In this document: one piece after another, positions 22,311-37,884 of the stretch
Layout: the number at the start of each line of letters is the position of its first letter
Position numbering within the stretch: the stretch's first letter is position 1
NCBI RefSeq assembly: GCF_006345805.1
Contig: NW_021835376.1
Location: 1-47,193 of the forward strand
Length of the DNA stretch: 47,193 nt
Origin: Octopus sinensis
Lineage: Eukaryota
Direction of reading: 5' to 3'
Translations under genes and position numbers: made by a program
The notes under the pieces: generated by a model
Databases searched by the model: none
The model's input: only the letters and a program-made list of their open reading frames with translations
What the model was told of the DNA's origin: nothing

Positions 22311-25300
22311 AGTCAATGGATAGGAATTTCGTGTATTTGTTCGAATTTCTATGTGTCAAGAATACTGTAACACTGTTACACGGTGCTCTACCAATCAGCC
22401 ATTTCATTAAAAATGTAACGCATAGCAGAATTGCTCCAATATAAAAATGTATCATTTCAACTCATCTTAACATTAATTCCTGTATGAAAAATGTTTAATT
22501 ATTAATGTGTCTGTATGTTTATTTGTGTATGTGGATCTGTGAGTACATTGTACGTAGGTGAGATGCATACATATTTTTGTGTGTGTATATATAATCATAC
22601 CACACATTCGCACACACAAGAACATGACTTACTACAATATTCCTCTCATGCTTTGTTGTGTGTATGTACAGGTGATCTGATGTTCACATTTAGATAAATT
22701 GAATGCAAACCTACTAAACTTACTGCTATCGTTTAGCTATAAATTTGCATTTATATAGATATTTGAAGACATGTTTTCTTAATTCAATGTATTCAGAGGA
22801 ACAAAGATTAAAATAAACGGAAACATTTGATTATATTCGATTATATTATTTCTTCTGTTATTGTTTACACAAACTGAACAAAAAAAAACAACATTTCTCT
22901 AGAACTTAATCATCCAATTTTACATAAGGTTACTTTCTTGATTCTAAAATTGAATTTGATTTTTGTATTTATTGCTTTACTTCATATTTTCTTTACCATT
23001 ATTTCTGATATCCGTTTACAATATGGTAGACATATTTATACTATTACTATTATGTTTGTCTGTGAATATCACAGATGTTTCAGACACGGAATATATTGGT
23101 CTCTTTGCCTGTAATGTGCAAGTGATTTTCGGGAAAATGGTGAGATTCATATTGAATTTTCTCAGTCTAAGTGTGTTACAGGGTTTTATTGGTAAACCCG
23201 AGAATTTAAAATACAGATTTCTCACTGGATGGCTATCAAGTTATTTTGCTGTGGAGCAAAACAACTTTTTTAGTTTTGTTTTTCAATTTAGTTTGCATTT
23301 CCAATTTTCTTGTAATAAATTATTCTAGCAATTTTAAGTGTTACACAATTTCAGTTAACTGAAAATAATTATAGAATGAAAACACTGAATATGGCGGTGT
23401 ATTTGAAACATTTGTAGGAAAAGAAAAACAAAACAAAACAAATATATACACATACATTTACCTGCTTTTGTTTTACCTCCTCAGTAAGGCTCACTCTTTG
23501 AACTATTACCAAATTAATAAGGGATATCACAATCACAAACAAATGCTTAGGATTGTATACACATTAGCACAGAGAAATGGAATTGTTATTTAAAGATAAT
23601 TAGTTTCTCTAGACATTGGATATTGTGCATGAAAATTTTACATTCTTTCTAATATTGATTGCAACTCACTTTTAATATATTTGACAAAAGATACGTAATA
23701 AAATTATCCAGGAGAAATTTTAGTCTTTAAACCTACTTTGACTACATTAGCCATAAACGAACTAAAGAAAATACGAAGTCAGATTGCGAATTAAGAAGCT
23801 AAAGAATAAGACGTTAGCTCCAGAAATTCTGAAACCCTGCTGCTTCTTCCAGCAGCTGTCATGAGACATTATTTGTTAACTGTTAAGAATATACGGAAGT
23901 CTCAGCTTTTTACTGTTCGATAATGGCGCGTGAAAGCAGCAGCGTTGTATGAAACCCGGGAGTTCCATCAACTGTGTGTTCGTTGTAAATCAGTTTTTCA
24001 CAATTTTTACCTGTCTCAGAAAGAACCACCTGAGGTATCTAAACACCTTAATGCTTCTGAACTATATATATATATATATAATTCACGAAGAAAACACAGT
24101 TTTCTGTACCAAAGAGAATATATCTAAAAAATAATAAATTGATTTTCACAATTCGAAGCTATGATAAAATAGTATTAATTTAAATATATATATTCTAATA
24201 CGATTCTTTCAGCGCAATTTTTGGTTTAAATAAAGTATGTTTAAACACAGAAATATCTTCTTTTATGTTCGAGCAAACAGAATTATATTAATCGTATAGT
24301 ATCGATTAAATCCATCTGTTATATTCATTGGTATTTTATTTCCATTTTAATTTTGATTTGTGCATATATTATATCCCTCACTTCGCAGCAGTTTAGAAAT
24401 GCAAGAAGAATGTAATCTCATAATATATTAAAGTTATAAAATAAATTTTATTGTTGTTGTTAGGCTAAGGAAAATATAGATGTGTTTTGGTTTATTCTCA
24501 GGCCAACTCAGAGAGCATATCTATTATGTAAAACATCCTAGTAATGACCTCTCCCTCGATGCATATCTAGGATTTTATTATAAAGTGCATTTATACGATT
24601 TTAAGAGATTCATTTTGATGATGATATCATAGTTGCAAAGCAATAAATATGTGGCTCCAATCCTCATCAAATATCCAACGACTGTAGTTCTGTAAACTCT
24701 GATCTGCCCTTGCAGTATATGCATCACTAAAGAGACTTGTTTGTGACTCTCTTAAAAAAAGCCTAAAATAATCTTATTTCTGTGTTAACAACGATCTCAG
24801 TAACTCATTGTATGCTATGACAGCGATATGTTGTAAGTCGATGAATGTTTGGCTGTTGTTTTTTGCAGCTCAAGCGATCAGATAGTGTTTCCGTGTTGTT
24901 TGTTTTGTCAGACGAAAAGTAAGATACGATTTCCTTACGGACCCTTCGGTCAAAAAAAGAAAAAAAAAACTGTTTGTGTGTTAATAATACTTTCTTATTC
25001 ACGAATCTATCGTCCGCTTGCCAAACACAGCGCGGCAAAATTTGGCTATCTTTACCAATGTTCTACACTTTAATAGATCAGATTTATTTTCACTTTTAGA
25101 TAGAAATAAAAGAAAACCTAGGGGATATAATCAACTAATTACTGTATCTATTCATATTTACTTAATATTATTCTTCAAACTCCCAGAAGACGTGATGGCA
25201 ACGTGTAGCTATTCTCTATGTGAGGCTAATCTATATGTATATAATCACACATACCGAGAATGTATAGAAATACACACATACTCACATATATATGATGTCT

Positions 25301-25687
25301 CTGTGTACTTAGTGTAAATATGTCTATCAGATACAATTTCATTTCCATCTCAAAAAGAAATTCTTTGTCTTCCTATCAGTGAATTAGTGTTATGTTCACA
25401 TTGCAATCCAATGTATAATTTGGTTGTTGGCAGCAGTACGTAGGTTGGGAAATTCAATCGATTTACAAAGAGTTTTCTCAAATATATCTCATTTACAGTA
25501 GCAATATGATGGTTGACTATAGTCTGTTTATGAACCGTTGTAAATAAGAAACACAATGAGAAAAATTTTGCAGTAGGGAAGGAGATCTGTAAAAACCGTG
25601 AGGGAAAGTATGTTTAACTTACATGGAATAGGTCTGCGTTGCAAACACTACAAAAGTCTTAAAGTTTAACCCTTCTGCAATACTTTG

Positions 25688-25992
25688 TTGTTTTTTTTTC
25701 CTTCTCGAGCCATGCGTGGCTCATAAGGGTCGGTTTCCCGGTTTCTTGGCGTATAGATTCCCCACCTGGACGGGACGCCGGTCCGTCGCAGGTGAGCTGC
25801 AAGATGTAGGAGGAAAGAGTGAGAGAAAGTTGTGGCGAAAGAGTCAGCAGACGTTTGCCATTACCTTCTGCCGGAGCCGCGTGTAGCTTAGGTGTTTCGC
25901 TCATAAGCACACACATCGCCCGGTCTGATATTCGAACCCGCGATCCTTCGACCGCGAGTCCGCTGATATAACCACTAGGCCATGTGCTTCCA
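25688..25992 (-). mobile_element. tRNA(Arg-like)-derived SINE, OR-like short-tail variant
   Basis: Reverse complement of the 17898/18752 family. Perfect 16-bp TSD CTTCTGCAATACTTTG at 25672-25687 and 25993-26008. Confidence 0.93.
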
Positions 25993-26937
25993 CTTCTGCA
26001 ATACTTTGGTTTAGATTCATCATCATAAGTTAGAATCAATTCTTTAATTCACAATGAGACATTGTTTTCGTAATTGTATCGATACATATGGTATATCATT
26101 ACGTCCAGTTCCTCTTTGCCGTTTAGTTCCTAACTGTAGGTAACAGAATCTTCGGTAGGACTCCTCATAATATTAGACATCCACTACTTACCAGGTAGGA
26201 GTGGTGATACTTAATAAAACCTTATAAACATTGACAGCTACAGACCCCACCTATTCGTAGGTCTCGAGCTTGCACGAATTTCCGCAGCGTTAAGAGATTG
26301 AGATTATAAGACAACAACCTGAAAAGGGCGTTAGTAAGTCACAATGTACTTCAGAACCATCTGTCCCTAGTACATAACTGACGACTGACGAAGAGTGTAC
26401 TGAAAATGCACAATACGAGGTACATGACGCGTTGCTCCACCCAATGAAATGTGGAAACCACAATTTAAAGACTGTCAGGTATAAGAACAAAAGCACAACG
26501 TCGTACACGTTCACACTAAACATATGATTTTTAATCATTGAATGCGCTACGGAGGTCCTTGGAGTTATATCTTATCTGAAAAAGGGTGACATAGAAAATA
26601 CTACATAGAGAATGGACGTGAAAATTTTCTGCCACAATTATACAATACGCTCTAGATATTGATAGTGTCTGAATACGGTAATCTGATATTCAAATCTTGG
26701 GCATTTGGATTTCGTAAAATGTACGATAGAGATTGTTTGAAGGGAGCTTGGGAAGCGTTAAGAATATATATATTAACGTATATAAATATATATTACATAT
26801 TAATGTACACAAAATCACACTAACCTGCAACCCTCAGATTTATCTAACTATCTTTCTCTCTCTTTTCAAATATATATATATATATATATAGATATATATA
26901 TACGTGTGTGTGTGTTTATATATGTATCTCTCTCTTT

Positions 26938-27007
<70 letters not shown>

Positions 27008-27009
27008 TT

Positions 27010-27284
27010 AAACAATTCCAGTGTGGAAGGTGGCTATAAGCCACCTAAGAAACACACAGAAACCGTTAGATTCCGTTCATCATTTAAATTTTATTTGCCA
27101 AAATCATTTTGTCGCTTTGAACCCACGACCTTTTCACTGTCGAAATTCCGTGCAGCACGGAAAAAGGTCGCGGGCTCAAAGCGACAAATATATTTTGGGA
27201 AATTACATTTAAGTGATGAAGAGAATCTAACGGTTTTTGTGTTTCTTAAATGGCTTATAAGCACATTCCATGGTGTAATTGTTT
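27010..27284. mobile_element. Whole-length palindromic (hairpin) element inside a (CT)/(TA) microsatellite
   Basis: AAACAATT...TATAAGCCA..TAAGAAACAC..AAACCGTTAGATTC...TTTGTCGCTTTGA.CCC.CGACCTTTT is mirrored on the right side. Apex TTCCGTGC-A-GCACGGAA at ~27146-27162. Confidence 0.85.
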
Positions 27285-27331
27285 TCGTTCCAGCACATGA
27301 TCTCAGATCAGGTCACTTGCTATGCAAGTAC

Positions 27332-27342
27332 ATCTCTCTCAT

Positions 27343-27376
<34 letters not shown>

Positions 27377-27888
27377 CTCTCTCTCCCTATATATATATAT
27401 ATATATATAGCGAGAGAGAGAAAGAGAGATAGATAGATACATAGATAGATAGATAGATAGAAATGATAGATAGATAGATAATTCTAATTACTCGTTATTT
27501 CAGTATTTCATGTTTTGCTGTAGATCTGCTGAATAAGCAAGTTGATAGGTTGGGTAACATAAGGAAAAATATATAGTAAATTCAGTTGCAGGCATGATCA
27601 TCTCTGCATGCGTGTGTGTATATATCGTCTAATAAAACGAATATGTGGGTGAATCTGTGAATACATTGGTATATAGAGATGTATGTATTCGTATATATAT
27701 ATATGTATATAGATACATATATAGATACATATATATATATATATATGTATCTATATATATACAAATAAATATACATACATATATAATATATATATATATA
27801 CATATACAAATAAATATACATACATATATATATATATATATATACATATACAAATAAATATACATACATATATATATATATACACACT

Positions 27889-27927
<39 letters not shown>

Positions 27928-28070
27928 TTACATATATATATATATATATTATATATATATATATATATATACATACACACACACACATATATATATATTT
28001 ACATATATATATGCATATATACATATACAGGTGTATATATATATACATGCATATATAATAATATATACGT
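27332..28070. repeat. Compound (CT)n/(TA)n/(TAGA)n tracts and degenerate TA/TACA satellite
   Basis: Read directly. Confidence 0.9.
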
Positions 28071-29124
28071 ATAGAAATCAAGGTATATAGATGTGAATAT
28101 TTATGTATGTGTATAATATAAAATTGATTATGTGGATTTCTGTTAAATTGAATTATAAAATGATAGAAGAAAATATAAGTGCCTCAAGTGAGCGTTGAAC
28201 ATGGGTCACTTGATTTACCAATGAATAAATTTCTTTCGTGCAAACGTCATTCATTTCACCATTCAATGAAAAGAAGAGAAATTTTACTTTAAGCAGTCAC
28301 GTGACCATCTGATTGATAAACATGTATTCATGTCTTATTTTTTCTACCATGATTCATACATTCATGTAGAATACAAAAATGAGTTCAATTTTTTTTTCCT
28401 TTAATGAAGGAAGTAAAATTGAGAGGAAGACCAATGCCGTACACTACATACGTTCCCCCCTGATATGCATGTGTGTGAGTGTGTGTGTGTGTGTCTGTGT
28501 GTGTGTGCGTGCGTGAATATGTATGCGTTTGCGGATGTGTACGTGCTTGTGTGCGTGTAATCCCACACCACACATATATGTATATTTAAAAAGGGAGAAA
28601 ATACAGGTTCATAGAAATTGTTGGTAGTTAAGAATTATTCTAATAGAAGAGTTAGGAAACTATATATATAAATATATGCATGTGTGTATGTACATTTGAG
28701 TATATATATATATATATATGTATGTATCTATGTATAAATATGGGTGTGTATGTCTTTATATATGTGTGTATATATACTTTTATTTGTATATATACACATG
28801 TATATATTCAGGTACTTAAATATGCACCCACCGGTGTGGTGTGCCCACATGCTCCGCATATATTCCATTGGAGGATATACTTCTGAATGTCTATCTTTCA
28901 CTCTAGCCTTTCTTGCATACATCCATCATTTTTCTGGGTATCGATCACACGAAAGTATGAAAAGCATGTGTCCTATAATAGAAGCGGAGATTAATAGTCG
29001 CCTTCTTGCGATGAAAGAACCCAATAATGCAAAAGGAACAAAAAAGAAAATCAAATATAAAAATGAACTCTAGCATAAATTCACAATAGATTTTTGATTA
29101 ATATTCTATAATTTGATTTTTAGC

Positions 29125-29540
29125 CTCATCACCATCACTTCCTCCGCCACCAGCCTTTGCTAAACTGTTAGCATTACCACCATCACTTCCACTACCACAA
29201 CAACAACCGGCACTACCAGCAGCAGTAACAACAACAACCATGACACCTACAACACCGAACATATCATCATTACTAACTTCATCTTTTTATTTTTACCTCT
29301 TCACCGTTATCATTCAATATCATCATCATCATCCTCATCATAGGAAAGATAAATATCGTCATCATCATCGTCGTCATCTTGATCAATCGCATCTTCTTCA
29401 GCACCACCATCTCCATCAGTGTAATCAGAATCACTATAACCATCAACAACGCCACTGCCACCACGATCATCATCATTATCAGTAACATCATCGTCGTCAT
29501 CATCATCATCATCACCATCATCATCGTTATCATCATCATT

Positions 29541-29582
<42 letters not shown>

Positions 29583-29584
29583 TC

Positions 29585-29622
<38 letters not shown>
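29125..29622. repeat. Degenerate trinucleotide region (CAC/CAA/CAT) ending in near-pure (CAT)n
   Basis: Read directly; source of the poly-H, poly-I, poly-M and poly-D ORFs. Confidence 0.95.
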
Positions 29623-30399
29623 TTGAAGCACTCAGAAGAATCTGCATTGCTACTAATACCGAAATCATAAGAGCGAATAATAGCGAATTAATTTCACTGA
29701 TAGTGGCTCCATTAGTGACTGATCTAGAATCGGCCATATTGCATTCACATAACCCTCGATTAAGGAAATTCAGTTTTCCGATTGCCAAAGAGAAATCGGC
29801 CGTTTTCGAACGGATTTTGTTTTTTGTTTTTTTACTATTGTATGGTGCCATAAATCTTGTTTCTTACCCCCAACAACAAAGGCATTCAGCAATAGCCTGA
29901 TAACCTATGAACAGAACAAAAGAAACCACTCTATAGTCGAATCTTACCCGGCATAACTGGGGGAATATTTATCGCTTAGACACTAACAAATCAAATTTCG
30001 GATGAAAAATGTACATAGATGTAACTTCACACACACAAACTCACACACTCGCACACACACACGCACGCACAAATACGCACGCGCGAACACATAAATTTCA
30101 ATATATTTTCTGGCCTTGCATGCATATACATTTACATACATATGTCTACATACCCACCACTACCACACAGACACGAACATACATGTGTGTATGTATGTAT
30201 ATGTGTATGCATATAGACATACACATATAAGTATTTATATATGTATGTCCATATGCATATATGTTTATTTATATAGACATATATAAAAACAGATATATCT
30301 ATATATATATCTACATATGTACATAACTATGTGTATATATATATGTACATATTATACATATATATATATGTATATATTTTATTTATTATATATGGTGGT

Positions 30400-30630
30400 T
30401 GTCTGCTCCATATACACAATTTGACCACGTCCTATATCTACACCTAAGAAATATCATGGCGTCTGATGTGGCTTTTTAAACCAGACTGTTTTAAAAGGCA
30501 CCCACATAGATTGCATATCCGATTTGGACCACCAAAAGCTGCAGTTAAGTTCTGATCGTTGTGGATCTCAAAATCTCTTTCTCAAACCTCTGTTAGATTG
30601 CAGATCAGATCGTCTGGCATACATTGAACT
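30400..30630 (-). pseudogene. Possible ancient RTE-type LINE 3' fragment
   Basis: Minus strand VQCMPDDLIC...GLRKR...WSKSDMQ loosely matches the V.RM.D.R...G.R.RGRP..RW...VK.DM pattern. A similarly weak fragment lies at ~28830-28930. Confidence 0.25.
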
Positions 30631-30879
30631 GAAAGGTGTACGTTGACATATAGGCAGAATAGAGACATACATACATTCATTTGCGTGTGTGCGTGTATAT
30701 ACATAGCTTCTTATTAAATCTGAAGCTGAACGTTTATCTCAAGAATCGAGTTTTACACCAGTGCAATTATAATCGCATGAATATATGAGTTAATGTATCT
30801 CATTTCTTCATTCTCCCTGTGTTTTATCTCGCTCTCCCTTTGTATACACACACACACACACACATATATATATATGCAA

Positions 30880-31378
30880 TATATGGGTATAGGACATCAC
30901 CAAAAGCAAGCATGAAATACGAAAACAAATGCTTTAAACATGCAAAGAGCGACAGAAAAAAGGGAAAACAGGAGAAGTAACACAAAGAACGACACTTCAT
31001 CAGTTGTCGACTGCCTGTCTACTCCTCATTTCGAGCATTGTATGACAATATAAGTCTATGAAAACAGTTGCTCCCATAAATACCAAAATAAAACTTTGGA
31101 TTTACGGAGGGTCAAAGTTGGGAACAAAATCATGACAATGGAGACATACGAGGAAACCGAACGAAAGCAAACATATAGGGTCGTTAGACTGCAACGAATG
31201 TAAAACAGCGAATGCTGGAGAAATATCTTCTATGAAAAGAGAAAAGATTGAAGAGTGAAATAGAAGACGTCCAGTCCTTAGGACGTACTGACGAAAAGGG
31301 ATGGTCACGTGAGGAAAAGTAAGATGGACGATGGTCCCGCGTGAGCAAGGAGAGTGAGAAAAAGAGAAATAGGGGATA
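30880..31378. mobile_element. Purine-skewed cassette inserted between microsatellites (possibly Penelope-related)
   Basis: Unique ~500-bp block bounded by (CA)(TA) and (TG) tracts, organised like 16930-17135. Only a half hammerhead box is present (CTTCATCAG, 30995-31003). Confidence 0.35.
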
Positions 31379-32007
31379 TACATGTATGCGTGTGTGTGTG
31401 TATGCGCGTGTGCGTGAGTGTGTTAATACATGTCTGCATGTGTGATTAAAATGTCCCATCAAATGTAAATAATATACTTATAAAAGGTTTGTAATTTTGG
31501 GGAATTTGTTTTTGTGTATATATTATATACTCCGTTCCTATCCGACAGAGGGCGCGCGTAGACGTGTGGAATGAAAGAAGATTCGTTTTCCACAATAGAA
31601 TTGTCTCACTGATAGTCTGTTTGGTCATTCAAAACAGAATTATCCAGGTGCTTAGCAATACGTGTATTTTAAACCTTGACACCCAAAACGAATAGGAGCT
31701 TACGTTTTACTCAATGCAAAAGGGAATCGTATAAATTTTGTTGTAAAGGGATGTTAAGTTTGAGAGACTGCTGGCAGTAGAAGTTGTCAAGAAGTCCATC
31801 CGGAGTTATACCTCTCTTCAAAAGAATTTGTTTTAGCAAGTGTATAATTGTAACTTGTTCGATCATATATTTTGAGACATTCTTAAAGTAAATTTGTCAC
31901 TTTACTGATATAACCCAACCTGAATTTTATAAGGAACTTGACTATGTTCGTCTAAATTTCATTTAACTATCCACTTAAGATTCTAGGCACAATCCATACG
32001 CATATGC

Positions 32008-32045
<38 letters not shown>

Positions 32046-32142
32046 GCATAGAAATGTGTGTATGTATCTATATGGGTATGTGTATATATGTTTATATATA
32101 TATATATATGTGTGTATATATATATGTATATATATATATATA

Positions 32143-32202
32143 TGATTGATTGATTGATTGATTCTAGTTTCAGCTTATGAGCTGTGGCCATGCTGGGGCA
32201 CC

Positions 32203-32207
<5 letters not shown>
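32143..32207 (-). mobile_element. Tail-only copy of the CR1-clade LINE
   Basis: The reverse complement of 32160-32207 is identical to 22135-22182 (48/48), followed by (AATC)n. TA repeats on both sides. Confidence 0.93.
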
Positions 32208-32240
<33 letters not shown>

Positions 32241-32385
32241 TATATAAGGAAAATATGAGTTAGAGATTGTGCAATTGTCTAAGGGATAAATGTATCCGAA
32301 GACACTACCGGTGTACTACCCTAGGTATAGTCGTAGCTATAAGGTATACAGTAGTTGGGAATTTAAAGGTAAACCCATGGTTTAA

Positions 32386-32657
32386 TACACGAGACTAAGT
32401 CAAAAAGTAATGCCATTTTGTTTAGGAAGGGTATAATTACCAACACAGGAGCATGCATCATACATCGCAATGAAGCTGGTCCTCTGCGGATTACATCCCT
32501 ACTACTCAACATAGTCACCGTTACTCTCAATAGCAATGTCCCACCTTCGAATGAATACATGTATCCCTGACCCGTAAAAGTCTGTTGACTGTTCGTTGAG
32601 CCACTACTTCACTAAAGTTTTCACTTCCTCGTCATTAGAATAATGTTTGCCCCTCTA
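32386..32657 (-). mobile_element. 3' fragment of a second mariner element (transposase C-terminus and TIR)
   Basis: Minus strand translates RGKHYSNDEEVKTLVK*WLNEQSTDFYGSGIHVFIRRWDIAIESNGDYVE*. Ends in TIR-like TACACGAGACTAAGTCAAAAAGTAATGCC. Confidence 0.85.
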
Positions 32658-34088
32658 CTTTCATTCTAAATAACATAAGATTTTTTAATATACGAGATAA
32701 AGCAATTGGTTGATTGTAATTAAAATTCAGAGTTGCATCGATGCGCCAAAATTGAAAGCAATCTGAGCAAAATTAAGTGGGAGGAAGTTTGCGGATGGGA
32801 AACACATTATCCGAGAACGGTAGTATAAGTACCAGGCTTAAAATAAAATAATTAGAGGGGTGTTTCATTTAACTAAAAGAAACTTCAAAGCGGTCCCACA
32901 GATTGGCCGTAGTTTATTCACTGAAACAAGTAAGAGAGATAGAAGTGATGCAAAGAATATTGTGCTAAGTACAACGGCGTATCTATTGCGGATTGTCAGT
33001 TTCTCTCCTAGAATATGACTGTAATTTAGAGAAATAGTGAAGAATATGAAACTTATCATCAATAATGATCACTATGTGCTATATTGTAAAGACAAAAATG
33101 CTTCCCAAGATAGTCTATATATCGGCAAAATCTAAAATTATTTTCCTTTGGGTCCAAAATATTCTCTACGAAAATTTGATAAACACGGTTGTTTTCTTAC
33201 CATGACACAATATAAGAGATTTTGCATTATTCTGTTAAACATGGATTAACCAGCTGACATTTAAAAATTACATGACTATTTTTCCAATAATTGACAAAAT
33301 CTTATCTCTCTCAGTATCTCTCTCCCTTTGATGTCTGTGAGTTATATCTGTTAACTTTGCCAAAAAGACGGATCATAATATTTTGTGCACGATCCAATAA
33401 ACTATATTAATAGGCACGTAATTCAACAGACTGCATAAAACATTATGTTGATTGCATTTAGATGGCATCAATATAATAGACAAACGCCATGTGTGAGAAT
33501 ATATATGAGAAGTCTTCCACAAATATAACAACTTTTTAACTATAACACTCAACTTTCCCCAACTTCCAATATCAAGATTGTAAAATATATAAAAATATAA
33601 AGAGGTTGATACGCAAATATATAAACATTCACTCAATCAGTTATATGGGTATTCTTTATAAATCGCTACTCCATAGCACATGATTAAACTGATTTGAATA
33701 TATACATCATACGTTCGAGTGTATATATATATATATATATCTATATATATATATATATATATACTTTGATACTTTGATAGGTTGCCGGCCATTATTGGCT
33801 CAGCCATGTCTAACTTAATAGCACCACCTGGTGAAGTCTTTCAAGTCAGAATTGGACACTATGGCCCACTCAAATAGAGAGTTATTGTTTACAGAGACTT
33901 CCGGGTGTAGGGGGTTTATCCGGATTTCTTGAAGGAATCTGTCCAAAGACGGTCTTGAACCCTATAGGGACTGTTTTTTGTTTTAATGTGTTTTGGTGAA
34001 TGTTTAAAGAGAGCGGGGCCAATATAATATATAAGCATATTTTTTCATAGAGGCATATACACACACATACCATATAATATATATATAA

Positions 34089-34127
<39 letters not shown>

Positions 34128-34252
34128 TATATATACATATGGCTATCAAGCAAGCAACAGATGTATATATGTATATATATGTAGTGTATATATATATATT
34201 ATATATATATATATATACACAGGAAACAAACAAGAGGCAGTTATAATGCAGC

Positions 34253-34430
34253 GATTGGTCAAAAAATGATGACGTTCCGTTCTATCTTGACTAAAGCCAC
34301 CTAACGGAACGATTGGTCAAAACGTTGATGACGTCAAGCTACGCTGGATTTTTACCACCTAACAGGCAGTATAAAACCGAGCACTTCACAAAAAACTCAT
34401 TAGAACCACCCAGCGAACATCCACCATGGG
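34253..34430 (+). promoter_or_regulatory. Compact Pol II promoter-like module
   Basis: Two ATTGG (reverse CCAAT) boxes at 34254 and 34312, each followed by TGACGT (full CRE TGACGTCA at 34329-34336). TATAAAA at 34370, Inr-like TCATT at 34397, and CCACCATGG at 34421-34429. Confidence 0.45.
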
Positions 34431-34794
34431 TCATTCTCATTTGCTTAAGGTAAAAATGAATTCCCGCTCTTTCGGAAACATCAATCTTCTGTATTGACCG
34501 CTTTCCACCACTTTGATCTGTTTTTTGTATTGAATACGTATCGTCACCGTGGCCCACTGCATCGAACACTTTGAACATATACTTCAAACTATATATCAAC
34601 TATACATGAGCTCTCAAGATGTCTGACTCCGTTGTGTATTATAAATGAATTTCTTGTGTTTGAACGGCATGAGGTGTCTTTTTTTTATATATAACTTTTT
34701 TGATAAAGTTAATTTCAGGAACTGAAACATGTTATAATGTATATATAAAAATTAAAAATTGTATAATAAGCAGCATTTTCGAACTTCATTTTTT

Positions 34795-34799
<5 letters not shown>

Positions 34800-34838
<39 letters not shown>

Positions 34839-34878
34839 TATAGATATATATATATATATATATAATATATATATATAC

Positions 34879-34934
<56 letters not shown>

Positions 34935-35002
34935 CCTCTCTCTCTCTCTATATATATATATATAATATATATACCTCTCTCTCTCTCTCTCTCCTCTCTC
35001 TC

Positions 35003-35033
<31 letters not shown>
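34800..35033. repeat. Alternating (TA)n/(CT)n higher-order microsatellite
   Basis: Three units of TATATACCTCTCTCTC...TATATA. Confidence 0.9.
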
Positions 35034-35034
<1 letters not shown>

Positions 35035-35772
35035 TATTTGGTCATCCTATATATAGTGTGTTTTTTTATAGTTCTTTTATATTCAAAATTAAGATAAATG
35101 AAGTTCGTTTTTAATTTATAATATACTCTCCTTCATTTTCTATAATGTACTTTCATATATCTGGTAGACTTACAAAGACCCTGTTCCAAGGACGCGTCTG
35201 TGGCGTAAACTACTCCTATTGTACTGCTTCCTCTACAAAATTCATAGATTTTGCGTCCCAATGATTTTGAAGAATACGGTATAAGTAATATTCAGATGGA
35301 GCAATGTCCGGCATATATGGTGGGCGGGGCATCCCATATTTTCATATCTACATATGCCTGACAATATATATACAATTTGTAGATAGGGTTACAATCGAAG
35401 TTTTTTACTAAAAGGTGGTGTTTTTACACGTTTTTCAACAGCTATACTCGAGTAATTTGTGTTAGCAATAATATGTATATTATGTGGAATATATACCACA
35501 ATACCTTTTCAGTTTTCAATTTTGATACATAATATATATATCTGTATGTATACATGTATGTACCTATTTTGGGGCAGGTGTGAGTATGCGCTTAACTCAT
35601 ACGGCATGGCATTCGGTTTTTATTTATGATTCGTTCGGCAAAACGATTCCAATAGAAATGCTAAATTTCGAAACAAAGTTTCTAGCGGCGGTTTTCATTT
35701 TCATTTTAAAACACTCGAAAACTTTCTTTTACCTGATGTCAACCAATGAATAAATGAATGCGGATTATGTGT

Positions 35773-37351
<1,579 letters not shown>

Positions 37352-37884
37352 AGCGTTTTTTATAAGTTTCATGTGGAATCGAACCTGTCATAGGACATAA
37401 AGCAATAGACTGTTAAAATAACACAATTATTGTTTCGCTTTACTAAACATTTATTTTAATATGTCTGGAGCGGATTTATGATTCCGCAGGACTACAGAAC
37501 TTAATAATCATCTACATTGGTTATAGACATCTTACCACTATTATGCAGAGAAATGTAAGTTAGATATTTCAAAAATATGCCTAATATGGAAGAAAAAAAT
37601 CATTATTGTGTAGACGGATTTTTTGTGCTTTTCTTTAAATATATTATATTCAGTTGTTGAATATTGAAAAGATATTCAAAACAATTGCATCTTTAGAACA
37701 ATGCTGAGTTGTATTCATTTCAAGTACAATTAATTTCCCCTTTATCCTTCTATTTTCACTCAATATATATCATACATTTGAACGAATAGAATACAAGAGA
37801 CCATATTGTCAAATATTGTCACATTTCTAGATTATTCTTTTACCACAATCCTTTTTCTTTGTTCTGTCTGTATACTTAAGATAG

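Noticed and set aside
22963-23328. 121-aa hydrophobic ORF
   Set aside because: Non-ATG start, T-rich composition bias, no splice or homology support.
29240-29900. ORFs with poly-His, poly-Ile/Ser and poly-Asp/Met (81-190 aa)
   Set aside because: All frames of the (CAT)n repeat; no recognisable domain.
30990-31040. CUGAUGA and GAAA boxes on the minus strand as a hammerhead
   Set aside because: Order and spacing give no consistent stems I-III; only a half motif.
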